64,000 nt of DNA from a virus. This document shows, piece after piece, positions 17,876 to 26,659 of the stretch. The translations under genes were made by a program, and so were the position numbers. The first letter of the stretch is position 1. Every line of letters begins with the position of its first letter. Below the pieces are notes generated by a model. It saw only the letters and a program-made list of their open reading frames with translations. It was not told the origin of the DNA and did not search any database. The stretch lies in IMG/VR virus record IMGVR_UViG_3300028635_000005. One strand, given 5' to 3'.

Positions 17876-18229
17876 TTATATGTTATATATATTGTTAGTT
17901 GAAAGAGATATTTTACGTGATTTAGGTAAATTCCCGTATAATCTACGCCAACCTTTAGCGAATCCATTTTTGACTATTTGAGTGTAATAGGCAAATGCAT
18001 TTTGTGATCTTTCAGGATCATAACCTCTCCAATAAAGATAACAGTCCATAACTGCAAATGAAATGCAATCTTCTCTATCTTCTTCATACATATATTGATA
18101 TTTATTGGAGTATTTTTTAGCAAGGATTATAAACATGTTAATAGCTTCTTCTGATAAAACATCATTCTTTTTACATCGTATTATTTCTTCCCGTAATTCA
18201 GAGTTTTTAACATAATGATTTGTTGCCAT
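17876..18229 (-). CDS. gp55: Late-transcription sigma factor (T4 gp55-like, compact)
   Basis: NHYVKNSEL, EEDREDCISFAVMDC, YDPERSQNAFAYYTQIVKNGF. Confidence 0.8.
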   Translation of the reverse strand: MATNHYVKNSELREEIIRCKKNDVLSEEAINMFIILAKKYSNKYQYMYEEDREDCISFAVMDCYLYWRGYDPERSQNAFAYYTQIVKNGFAKGWRRLYGNLPKSRKISLSTNNIYNI

Positions 18230-18255
18230 AAAGTTAAAATTTATATAATTTTTAA

Positions 18256-18283
18256 TTTATATAACAAAAGCGTGATAAGTTTT
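18256..18283 (-). promoter_or_regulatory. Middle-type promoter AAAACTT-N15-TATAAA
   Basis: Upstream of gp55; overlaps terminator. Confidence 0.6.
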
Positions 18284-18294
18284 AACACGCTTTT
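18265..18294 (-). terminator. Intrinsic terminator
   Basis: AAAAGCGTG/CACGCTTTT stem. Confidence 0.75.
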
Positions 18295-18315
18295 AATTTT
18301 TGTGAACTTAACTGA

Positions 18316-18798
18316 TTATTTTATATTAGAACCAGCCTTTTTAACTGTAATCTTTGGCTTATATTCTATTGTATCGTTAGTCGATTTTGTAATCTCGGGA
18401 ATATTTGGCATCTCAATTTGAAATTCAAGCCCTTGCATGTATTCCATAAAATCTTTTTTAGTTAATTTTGGATCATTAACCAAATATTTTACATATGAAT
18501 CCCGTAAAGAATTTTGTCCTTCAACTAAATTTGCCTGAGAACTTTTAATATCATTAATTATAATAATTAACGTATCTATTTTTTTGCTGTTTTCTTTTAA
18601 TGATTCTACAGCATTTTTAAGATTAGCAGTATCTACGCTTTTTCTTTCAGATTTAACTCCTAATGTCCAAACAAATGTTCCTATTGCAACAACAGTCATA
18701 AAATATCCCCATACGTTTTTAATATTATCTAAAAGCGATTTTATAGGTTTTAAAAACCCTGGCGATGACGTAGGTGTGATATTTTTCTTTGTTGCCAT
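18316..18798 (-). CDS. Single-TM coiled-coil protein
   Basis: VWGYFMTVVAIGTFVWTLGV followed by a coiled coil. Confidence 0.65.
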   Translation of the reverse strand: MATKKNITPTSSPGFLKPIKSLLDNIKNVWGYFMTVVAIGTFVWTLGVKSERKSVDTANLKNAVESLKENSKKIDTLIIIINDIKSSQANLVEGQNSLRDSYVKYLVNDPKLTKKDFMEYMQGLEFQIEMPNIPEITKSTNDTIEYKPKITVKKAGSNIK

Positions 18799-18802
18799 AA
18801 TT

Positions 18803-19564
18803 TTAAATTGATAACGTTCTTACCATTGATTTAGGAGCAGTTTGAAATTCTTGCTCTCCCATATCATTTTGTATGATTATTCTTATACTATCAGCATCAC
18901 CTAACGCAGATGTATAGTCAATAACATTAACTAAAATATTTTGTGTAGCTTCTTCTGTAACTTGATCAATCAATACCCCAGGAACATAATTTTCAGGATT
19001 AGCAAAATCGTTAACATTTTCATATATTACGATTTTATTTTTAGGCACGTATGTAACTATGCCTTCAACGCTTACTCTTACTTGCTGATCTTCTCTTGCA
19101 TTTTCCCATTGATCATATCTAACAAAGCATCTGTTTGTTTTTACTGGAATGTTGCCCTGATGAATTCCGCATTTAACATACTGTTCAAAGAGAAGTTTTT
19201 GTGTTTCTTCATCAAATTTCATATGAGGTTTAGTTGTTATTTCGGGCTTAGGTGAATATTCCTTAAGTTCTTTGGGATCTACGAGGTAGGTTCTTCCCTG
19301 AATCATTACAATAAATTTTCCGTTTATTTCTCCTGTAATAAACCCGGTTTGCTTATCATATTTAACTTTGTCATGTAATTGTAGCTCTTCATTAACTGAT
19401 TCGGGAATTTTGAATGCATCTTGTCGAGAAGTATCAATTTTTCCGGTTTCAAGCATTTTATTTACTAGAGGCATTATATCTTTATGTGAATATTTTTTAG
19501 TATTCATTAAACACTTAAGTCCTTCAAATATAAGGTATATTTCTTGTTTATTAAATTTTAACAT
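18803..19564 (-). CDS. Hypothetical late protein
   Basis: 253-aa ORF in a late operon. Confidence 0.7.
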   Translation of the reverse strand: MLKFNKQEIYLIFEGLKCLMNTKKYSHKDIMPLVNKMLETGKIDTSRQDAFKIPESVNEELQLHDKVKYDKQTGFITGEINGKFIVMIQGRTYLVDPKELKEYSPKPEITTKPHMKFDEETQKLLFEQYVKCGIHQGNIPVKTNRCFVRYDQWENAREDQQVRVSVEGIVTYVPKNKIVIYENVNDFANPENYVPGVLIDQVTEEATQNILVNVIDYTSALGDADSIRIIIQNDMGEQEFQTAPKSMVRTLSI

Positions 19565-19583
19565 AACGGTAAAGATTTAGTTT

Positions 19584-21659
19584 TTATTTTGTTTGTTTGG
19601 GTCTCTTAAGAAATACTTTTTTAACTTTTTTAGGCTCATTTAAATCATTAGGATTCTTGTCTTTATCAAAAGCTGTTCTTTCTAAGTTTTTATTAGGTGC
19701 GCCTACAGTTTCTTCTTTCTTATCTTCTTCATCTTCAGCTGGAATTTCTTCTTCAGTTTCATTATCAAGTTCTAATTCTGTAGTTCCTTCTTCATCTCCG
19801 AATTCTTCCTCACCTTTAGGCATTTCGGGTTTTTCAAGTTCAGCTTCAGCATCAACTTTATCAGCATAAGCCTCCAATTCATCTGCATCAAGATCTACTT
19901 TGTCTTCTTCGGATGAAGGCATGTCACTTAGTAATTCAGTTTGATCATCATCAAATGTAACCGTAGAAGCTGGACCTCCTGCAACAGGATCAGTTATACT
20001 TGATTTTCCTACTGTAGTCCCGAATTCATCCCCTTCAGCATCAGTTCCAGGTTCATTTTGAGTTCCAGAACCTTTAGCTGCCATAGCACCTGTAGGAACT
20101 ACAACTGTATATGATTTTCCTGTTTGGTCATCTTGAACAGTTATGTTTAAATTTTCAGTTACGCTTGTAAATGATTCTATTTCATTAAGATATTTTTTAT
20201 ATTCTTCTTTAACTTCTGTTAATTCTTCTTGAAGTGATTTAATTACTTCTGATGCAACAAAATGTTCAGGACCATACGTTGAAAATAAATCTATCTTTCC
20301 TCGTAACTCAGAAATATAATTATTGTATTCTTGTTTGGTTTCATTGATTTCATTCAATATTTTTTCTTTGTTAGGAAGAATATCTTCAAACGTCTTAGAA
20401 ACATCATATCTCATATGTTCCATCATGATCTTTTCAGCCTGAATAGGATTAATATTACGATAGAATGTTGTCTTATCATTAACAGGATCAAATGTGGTGA
20501 TAAAAATGTTATCTCTTAATTTGAATATGTCAGCAGCATGATTTGCATTTTCTTTAAGATAAACTCTTTTAACAAAATCAAGTTCTGCAATTTCATCAAA
20601 ATTTTCTCTAAGTAAATTTATCATCTTAAAGAATTCAACATCGCCTGTCCATTCGGCAACTTTAACAGATTCATTTATTTGTTTAGCTGAAAATTCTTGC
20701 CCGTCGATTATAGTTTTATTCTCAGTTAATTCTGCTTCTCTATTGCCAATATAAACTTTAATGTCTTTTTTAGAAATTTCTACGTTTGGAAGATTAATAA
20801 TATCACAAAGTGCTCTGAAAGATTCATCAAGTTTATTTACATCAGCGTTTTTAATCTTGTGCACATTGTTTCCTTTTTTAACATAGTAAGAACCACGAAC
20901 ATTAAAAAGAGCTTCATTTTCACCTAAATAAAGAATAGGTGAAAAAAGTTTATCATCAATATCACACTGTGCGTTATTATATTCTAATTGTAGCTGTGTA
21001 GCATCAAGAGTTACAATGTTTAAAATGTCTCTAATAAAAGGATCATAACTAAATTTAATAAGAGTTTCTTTAAGAGAACTCTTATTTTGTTCAGTTTTCT
21101 TATTAAGATAGTTTTCAACTACATCCTCAATAACAGGAAGTAAATAACTGCTTCTTGTTTCTGCCATAGTAGCAATTATCTTTGAAATATCAACATCATT
21201 CTTATACTGATCAACACGGCTAGCAACAGCATTTAATTCTGTGTTAACTGCTGGTAAGTAATTAAAGCCCGATAATGCAGAAATAAATTCTTCATAAAGA
21301 AGAACTTCCGGTATATTTTGTTCAACCTTATTTCGAAAATTTTCAAGAACTATTGATAATGTTGGGTCAAAACGAGATTCATTTTCGATTAATCTATTTA
21401 CTGCAGTTCTAACGCCTAAATTTTTAACACTATATATTCGTTTTTGGTTATCAACCCATTCTTTAATATAAGAATTGGAAGCATATTTATTTAATCCTTC
21501 AAATAGGTTATATAATGCAACTCTTTCAATTTCATGTTGAGCGTCAAATGTAACTCCATTATAAATTGCGGAACTAATTGCGCTAATTGCTGTTTCGCAT
21601 AATGTTTTAACTTCATTTATAGACGTTTTTGTCTTTAATTCATTAATTTTTGCTATCAT
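19584..21659 (-). CDS. Large helical late protein with very acidic C-terminus (possible prohead core/internal protein)
   Basis: Start reassigned to ATG 21659 (or GTG 21665) downstream of a late promoter; many I/L-x-E motifs; D/E-rich tail. Confidence 0.7.
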   Translation of the reverse strand: MIAKINELKTKTSINEVKTLCETAISAISSAIYNGVTFDAQHEIERVALYNLFEGLNKYASNSYIKEWVDNQKRIYSVKNLGVRTAVNRLIENESRFDPTLSIVLENFRNKVEQNIPEVLLYEEFISALSGFNYLPAVNTELNAVASRVDQYKNDVDISKIIATMAETRSSYLLPVIEDVVENYLNKKTEQNKSSLKETLIKFSYDPFIRDILNIVTLDATQLQLEYNNAQCDIDDKLFSPILYLGENEALFNVRGSYYVKKGNNVHKIKNADVNKLDESFRALCDIINLPNVEISKKDIKVYIGNREAELTENKTIIDGQEFSAKQINESVKVAEWTGDVEFFKMINLLRENFDEIAELDFVKRVYLKENANHAADIFKLRDNIFITTFDPVNDKTTFYRNINPIQAEKIMMEHMRYDVSKTFEDILPNKEKILNEINETKQEYNNYISELRGKIDLFSTYGPEHFVASEVIKSLQEELTEVKEEYKKYLNEIESFTSVTENLNITVQDDQTGKSYTVVVPTGAMAAKGSGTQNEPGTDAEGDEFGTTVGKSSITDPVAGGPASTVTFDDDQTELLSDMPSSEEDKVDLDADELEAYADKVDAEAELEKPEMPKGEEEFGDEEGTTELELDNETEEEIPAEDEEDKKEETVGAPNKNLERTAFDKDKNPNDLNEPKKVKKVFLKRPKQTK

Positions 21660-21691
21660 AGCCACATAATTATTTGATTTAATGATATTAA

Positions 21692-21705
21692 TTTTATTTA
21701 TATAT
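21692..21705 (-). promoter_or_regulatory. Late promoter (TATAAATA)
   Basis: ATATATAAATAAAA. Confidence 0.7.
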
Positions 21706-21735
21706 TTTAATATTTTCGAAAATTTTATCCAAATC

Positions 21736-23091
21736 TTATACAATAGTTAAATTCGTTATAACCCCGTAAGGTTGCGTATTATCAGAAGGGGATAATGATA
21801 CGCTATGCCCCACTACTGAATTAATTACATATAAGTTAATTGTCTTGTAATCAATATTCCCCGGATAAATAATGTTCCCATAAGGTAACGTAACAGGATC
21901 ATTTTCATCTATCTGGTAATCAACAATATTAAAATATAATGATGCATCTCCTGAATACACAACTCTGTTATTCGTGTCTCTCATTTCTAATATAGCATTT
22001 ATAGAAGTATCTGCCATTGGAGATACAAAATAGCCACTATCAACAACATAAAATGATAAAGTATCAATTTCTCCTGTAGATATATTAGGCGCTATTCTAA
22101 TTACAGGTTCTCTATATGCTTTAACTGCTGATTCCGTGTCCCATATTATTTGAGGAGGCTTAAAACTTGTAAATGTATCAGGGATATTCCAGACATAATA
22201 TTCATGATTAATTACACCCTTTTCGATATTGGTTTTTACATTGTCCGTTGTTAAAGTCCATGCAACATCTACTCTATTAATGACAGCATTCTCTTGTTTA
22301 TAGTCCCATTCAATTACAAGTGGTATGCCTTTAGGAACAATCTTATTGTTGTAATCTGTAGTAATAATTATTTCGCCATCATTATCTAAGTCTTTTTTAT
22401 CTACTAATCTGTATCCAATTCCTTTCATGTAAGAATCTGCTTCAACTTCAGTTGTGTTGTCAAACACCGGTTGATAGGCTTCAACTTGTAAATTAAATGT
22501 AAGTTTTATTTTGTTATCTTGTTCAAACGAATAATTAATATTTTTCTCAAGTGTAACACTTTCTGGGAATCCTACTGAACAACCCATTCTTAGTCCTTTA
22601 TAGAAAATATAAAATGTGATAGTTTTGTAGAAAACCTCTCTTATCATTTGTTCGACTTTTAATCCGGTTATTTGCGTATCTAGCCAAATCTCACAATCAA
22701 AATTTACGTTAAGAGGGATAAGATAAAGAAATGCCCTAAAAGATTGTAATTGTCCATTAACTTCTTTAAGGAAATTTGCCTGAACATAACGAGAAGTTGT
22801 TCGAGCAGAATCAATCTCAGAACCAGTATAAGTGATTACACCTCGAGGTATCATGTCAAAATTTCCATCTGCGGGTTTAGGGGCTATACAATCTCCATAA
22901 TGTGTATAAAAATCTTGCATGAATCTTTCATCGCCTGACATGTTATAATACCATGGAACTTCTACTGTTTCAATATCTTCATTAGACCACACTTGTTCAT
23001 ATGTAATCTTGTTATTAAGAATATTAAGCAATCCGGCAATAACTGCACGAACAAGTATATTTTCGTTATTATATCTGTTATGTAATGCCAT
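21736..23091 (-). CDS. Tail sheath stabilizer/terminator (T4 gp15-like) with C-terminal extension
   Basis: AVIAGLLNILNN..VEVPWYY..IPRG..IPLNVNFDCEIW..QMIREVF pattern. Confidence 0.65.
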   Translation of the reverse strand: MALHNRYNNENILVRAVIAGLLNILNNKITYEQVWSNEDIETVEVPWYYNMSGDERFMQDFYTHYGDCIAPKPADGNFDMIPRGVITYTGSEIDSARTTSRYVQANFLKEVNGQLQSFRAFLYLIPLNVNFDCEIWLDTQITGLKVEQMIREVFYKTITFYIFYKGLRMGCSVGFPESVTLEKNINYSFEQDNKIKLTFNLQVEAYQPVFDNTTEVEADSYMKGIGYRLVDKKDLDNDGEIIITTDYNNKIVPKGIPLVIEWDYKQENAVINRVDVAWTLTTDNVKTNIEKGVINHEYYVWNIPDTFTSFKPPQIIWDTESAVKAYREPVIRIAPNISTGEIDTLSFYVVDSGYFVSPMADTSINAILEMRDTNNRVVYSGDASLYFNIVDYQIDENDPVTLPYGNIIYPGNIDYKTINLYVINSVVGHSVSLSPSDNTQPYGVITNLTIV

Positions 23092-23126
23092 GAATTTATT
23101 TTAGCGTTTATTTTATTTATTCATTA

Positions 23127-24848
23127 CTATTCAACAACCACTATTCTTTTCATGAATTCGGGAGGAAAGGCTTTTCTATTATTATGAATTAAATCTGCTA
23201 ATGCACCATCAAGCATATATGTAATAGCCCAATCTGTTTCACTTCTTACAGAACGACCGCTGCCCTGGAGTACGTTAATTATCGCTTTCCACCGGTACCA
23301 ATCGGGATCAATTTTAAGTTTTGTAGCAACAAATTTATCGCTTAAAGATAAATAAGGAACTTTAGCAAATATTTGAAAACGAGACCAATCATCTTTTAAA
23401 TCTAATCCCTCAAGTAATGATGGACCCATTATTACTTTATTTTTATTTCTTTTTAATATTTCAAGTACTTGCCTTTTTTCTTCAGAACCATTATACACAA
23501 GTATTCTTTTCTTATTTTTATTACTGAGTCCTACAAATATTTTAAGCGCTAAGTCATAAGATGCAGTATGTATAACACCATTTTGATTATGATGATGTTC
23601 AAGAATTTCATTTATTTTACTGAATAACCAAGGAAGATTTTCGTCTATTTGATTATAAGTCATTCTTCTTTGATTATAAAAATATATTGGTGATTTTGAG
23701 AAGTCAAAAGTCGATTCCATTTTTATATACTTAGCATCTTTAAGCGCAATGCTTTTTAAATATTTTGTAGGGTCTGCAAATGTAGCACTCATTAAAATTG
23801 TAAAACCCGTCCATTGGTGAAAATACTTATGCATCATATAAGATTCCTGAAGACAATTAAATGTTAATTCATTTTCACCTGTAGGGTTTTTAACAATATT
23901 TCTTACTGAAGTTTTGTCTATAATTTCATTAAAGTCTTCAACTTTACAATGCAAATCTTTTAACCAGTCTGATAACCAAAGGGCTTCTCTCCATTCCTTT
24001 GGAGGATCAGTATCAGGATAATCATCATTAACCTTTGTCTTTAATGTTTCTATGGATGGAAGATATTCTTCAAATGATTCTTCTATTTCTAAAAGTATCT
24101 CGTGAAGTTTATCTTGATTTTCTGTTTTAAATAATTTTTCAATACATCGTTGAATATTTCTATAATCTATATAATGATCTTTAACTTTAAAAACTGCAAA
24201 AAATTCGGTTAATTTCTCAAGTTTTTCAGTTGTTTTAGGATCAAATCTTGGGGAATAATGGTTTTGAATTATGTCAAGAATTTTATGCCCTTCATCACAT
24301 ATCGTAAAATGTCTTGGCGGAAATAAAGGCTCATCAATAGTTTTATTAACATAATTTTGCATGATCAACCAATATGCATAATTTAATAATGCTGTAGGCG
24401 ATTTTGAGGCTAAATCTCTAACCACAAAATAGGGACATGAATCATAACAAGGCATAGTGCGTGGGGGTTTATTTCGAATTCTACAAGTTCCTAAGGAATT
24501 TTTTTCCATATTGTCAATGCAGAGATAATTATCCACACCTTTTATTGAACCCCAGTGTAAATTAAAACGATCAAAATCTTTTTCATATTGTTCTTGAAGA
24601 GATAAATCAGATGCAAGAATGTATCCTTTAAGCTTTTGTTCGTTAAGAATCCAAGCAACAGCCATACCAATTAATGATTTACCACTACCCACTGGGGCAT
24701 CTATTATTACAACATTCTTGGATTTATCAAAGTAAGTCTTAATAACTTCTATTATTACATCTTGTTGTCCTTTTCGCCAAACAAAATTTTTACCAAGAAA
24801 AATTGTTCGAAATTCTTCAAGTTTTAGCTTAATTTGTTCAATTGTCAT
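23127..24848 (-). CDS. DinG/XPD-family SF2 helicase
   Basis: DAPVGSGKS, LQEQY, four Cys (C..C..C..CPY, Fe-S), ICDEGH, LMSAT, EGLDL, QGSGRSVRSETD. Confidence 0.9.
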   Translation of the reverse strand: MTIEQIKLKLEEFRTIFLGKNFVWRKGQQDVIIEVIKTYFDKSKNVVIIDAPVGSGKSLIGMAVAWILNEQKLKGYILASDLSLQEQYEKDFDRFNLHWGSIKGVDNYLCIDNMEKNSLGTCRIRNKPPRTMPCYDSCPYFVVRDLASKSPTALLNYAYWLIMQNYVNKTIDEPLFPPRHFTICDEGHKILDIIQNHYSPRFDPKTTEKLEKLTEFFAVFKVKDHYIDYRNIQRCIEKLFKTENQDKLHEILLEIEESFEEYLPSIETLKTKVNDDYPDTDPPKEWREALWLSDWLKDLHCKVEDFNEIIDKTSVRNIVKNPTGENELTFNCLQESYMMHKYFHQWTGFTILMSATFADPTKYLKSIALKDAKYIKMESTFDFSKSPIYFYNQRRMTYNQIDENLPWLFSKINEILEHHHNQNGVIHTASYDLALKIFVGLSNKNKKRILVYNGSEEKRQVLEILKRNKNKVIMGPSLLEGLDLKDDWSRFQIFAKVPYLSLSDKFVATKLKIDPDWYRWKAIINVLQGSGRSVRSETDWAITYMLDGALADLIHNNRKAFPPEFMKRIVVVE

Positions 24849-24864
24849 TTATATTTTATTTTAA

Positions 24865-24893
24865 ATTTTATGACAACAAAAGGCTTAAGTTTT
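24865..24893 (-). promoter_or_regulatory. Middle-type promoter AAAACTT-N16-TAAAAT
   Basis: Upstream of DinG; overlaps terminator. Confidence 0.6.
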
Positions 24894-24906
24894 CTTAAGC
24901 CTTTTT
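24878..24906 (-). terminator. Intrinsic terminator
   Basis: AAAAGGCTTAAG/CTTAAGCCTTTT stem. Confidence 0.8.
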
Positions 24907-24919
24907 AATTTCATATTCT

Positions 24920-25198
24920 TTAAAGTATTTTTGGGACTCTTTGGATTGAGTAATAGTATTGTACTGAATAATTACGTCTTTTGTTTCTGTTTTCTAATTC
25001 TTTTTTAAAATTTACAATATCTTCTCTTGAACCCATTGCTTCTATAGAAACTTTAGGTTTATTTCCAGTACTATAATCTTGTATTTTTAAAAGTGCATAC
25101 ACTTGATCATCATATCCTTCTTTTCTTGCTGCTTCAAATCCATAATCGGCAGGCGTCATTCTATCATAAGAATTCTCATTTACAAATTTTGCTTTCAT
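24920..25198 (-). CDS. Small late protein with CTS-like leader
   Basis: Likely start MKAKFVNE. Confidence 0.65.
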   Translation of the reverse strand: MKAKFVNENSYDRMTPADYGFEAARKEGYDDQVYALLKIQDYSTGNKPKVSIEAMGSREDIVNFKKELENRNKRRNYSVQYYYSIQRVPKIL

Positions 25199-25199
25199 T

Positions 25200-25409
25200 T
25201 TATATCCATTTATTTTCAATTCGTTTAATTACAGCTTTCATAAGATCCGTTAAATAATTTTGATTTATTTTTTTCTTTTCGAGAAATTTAATGAAAAGAT
25301 TATCCATTGTTCCTAATTTAAGAATATCGGTAATGAATTCATACGAAAGATCATCCATCGTATATGATTCTTGTTTCTTTTCATTCAAATGTTCTCTGAC
25401 TAATTTCAT
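25200..25409 (-). CDS. Small late protein with CTS-like leader
   Basis: MKLVREHLNE. Confidence 0.65.
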   Translation of the reverse strand: MKLVREHLNEKKQESYTMDDLSYEFITDILKLGTMDNLFIKFLEKKKINQNYLTDLMKAVIKRIENKWI

Positions 25410-25675
25410 ATGAAAAATAATTCAATAATTTTCCAAAGAAATATCGTGGCCCAACCCCCACATATAGTGTAGAAAAAATCATAGTAATCGGGAGTTCCTC
25501 TTTTAAGCCATTTATCCCATATAACTTCCTTTCCTGCACCTGCAGCAACAGTAAGTATTGCAGCTACTCCAGCATCCCATCCATAGACAGGAACATGAAC
25601 AAATAATACAAAAAATACAAGAGTAATTAAAGATATAATTGCTCCAGCAATAAAATGTTTTAAGTAGTGATTCAT
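25406..25675 (-). CDS. Small membrane protein
   Basis: Three hydrophobic segments; KHF..G and GAGKE..D..D pattern. Confidence 0.65.
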   Translation of the reverse strand: MNHYLKHFIAGAIISLITLVFFVLFVHVPVYGWDAGVAAILTVAAGAGKEVIWDKWLKRGTPDYYDFFYTICGGWATIFLWKIIELFFI

Positions 25676-25690
25676 GCTTATATTTTTATT

Positions 25691-26311
25691 TTAAATTTCA
25701 AAATCTTCATCCTCAGATTCAACCCATTTTCCACAGTACATACATTGCCCATGTCTATTTATGTATCTTGAACAGTCATGTTCAGGAATTTCTTCATCTG
25801 TTTGAGGATCAAACCTACGAGATTCTTTTACGTCTGTATCATCATAATCTTCAAATACCATACGAGCTCTATTAGAAATATTTTTGTTTTCAAGAATAAT
25901 GTCTTTAAGAAAGATCTTTTTTAATTTGCCATCTTTAAGCTTAAATAAAAATGCATTATCTCCAATTTTTGCCATAGGAACACCATTTTGAATTTTTGAA
26001 AGATCTCCTTTTAGCCTAAATACAAGAGTTCTTCTTGAAAATTCAGGCGCTTTAATCTCATTACTCAATGCTCTAAATAAATTATTATCAAATGCATCTT
26101 CATCTTCAACTGCTATTTCCTCTGCATTTTCCATATCAGATGTATCAACATCTATATCATCCATGTCAATTGTTTCATCGTCTTCAATATCGTCCCATGC
26201 ATCAGTTGTATCAATACCATAAGATTTTCTTATAGGTCCCTTTGCATTTTTTCTGGGTCTTCCACGTTTAGCGAATTCATATAAAGATTCTTCAATCATT
26301 ATTCTTTTCAT
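25691..26311 (-). CDS. Late protein with CTS-like leader, AT-hook and acidic tract
   Basis: MKRIMIEESLYE then FAKRGRPRK; C-terminal HDC..CMYC. Confidence 0.7.
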   Translation of the reverse strand: MKRIMIEESLYEFAKRGRPRKNAKGPIRKSYGIDTTDAWDDIEDDETIDMDDIDVDTSDMENAEEIAVEDEDAFDNNLFRALSNEIKAPEFSRRTLVFRLKGDLSKIQNGVPMAKIGDNAFLFKLKDGKLKKIFLKDIILENKNISNRARMVFEDYDDTDVKESRRFDPQTDEEIPEHDCSRYINRHGQCMYCGKWVESEDEDFEI

Positions 26312-26319
26312 ATATTCTT

Positions 26320-26619
26320 TTATTTTTTAGATTCATATTGTTTAACAGGTCTAATTCTGCTTCTATAGTTATGAACTCTTCCGAATTTATCAAGCCAAAA
26401 TCCTTGTTCTGCACATTTATAACAAACACCTCTTTCGTATTCTCCATGAGTATCTCTTCCACATGCTGGACAAGGCATTGGTATATCCCAATCCCAATCA
26501 TCTGAATTTTCGTATTGGATACGACTTAGCGGATAATGCGCTGTTCTTTCATTATTTCTAAGATCGCTATGAGTTGCAAATGGTGTATCGTTATTTCTAT
26601 CTACGAATTTAGCTCTCAT
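26320..26619 (-). CDS. Small late Zn-finger protein
   Basis: MRAKFVD leader; CPAC...CYKC. Confidence 0.65.
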   Translation of the reverse strand: MRAKFVDRNNDTPFATHSDLRNNERTAHYPLSRIQYENSDDWDWDIPMPCPACGRDTHGEYERGVCYKCAEQGFWLDKFGRVHNYRSRIRPVKQYESKK

Positions 26620-26625
26620 TAACTA

Positions 26626-26640
26626 TTTTATTTTATATAT
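26626..26640 (-). promoter_or_regulatory. Late-type promoter motif
   Basis: ATATATAAAATAAAA heading the 26619-24920 operon. Confidence 0.65.
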
Positions 26641-26659
26641 CAAAAATGAAAAAGGAGAA

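Noticed and set aside
12075-20519. Plus-strand ORFs rich in Ser/Phe/Leu (for example 12075, 14172, 14839, 15301, 18941, 19597)
   Set aside because: Antisense shadows of K/E-rich minus-strand genes; composition is that expected from the reverse frame. The same applies to the other short plus-strand ORFs between 2563 and 63431, except siaC.
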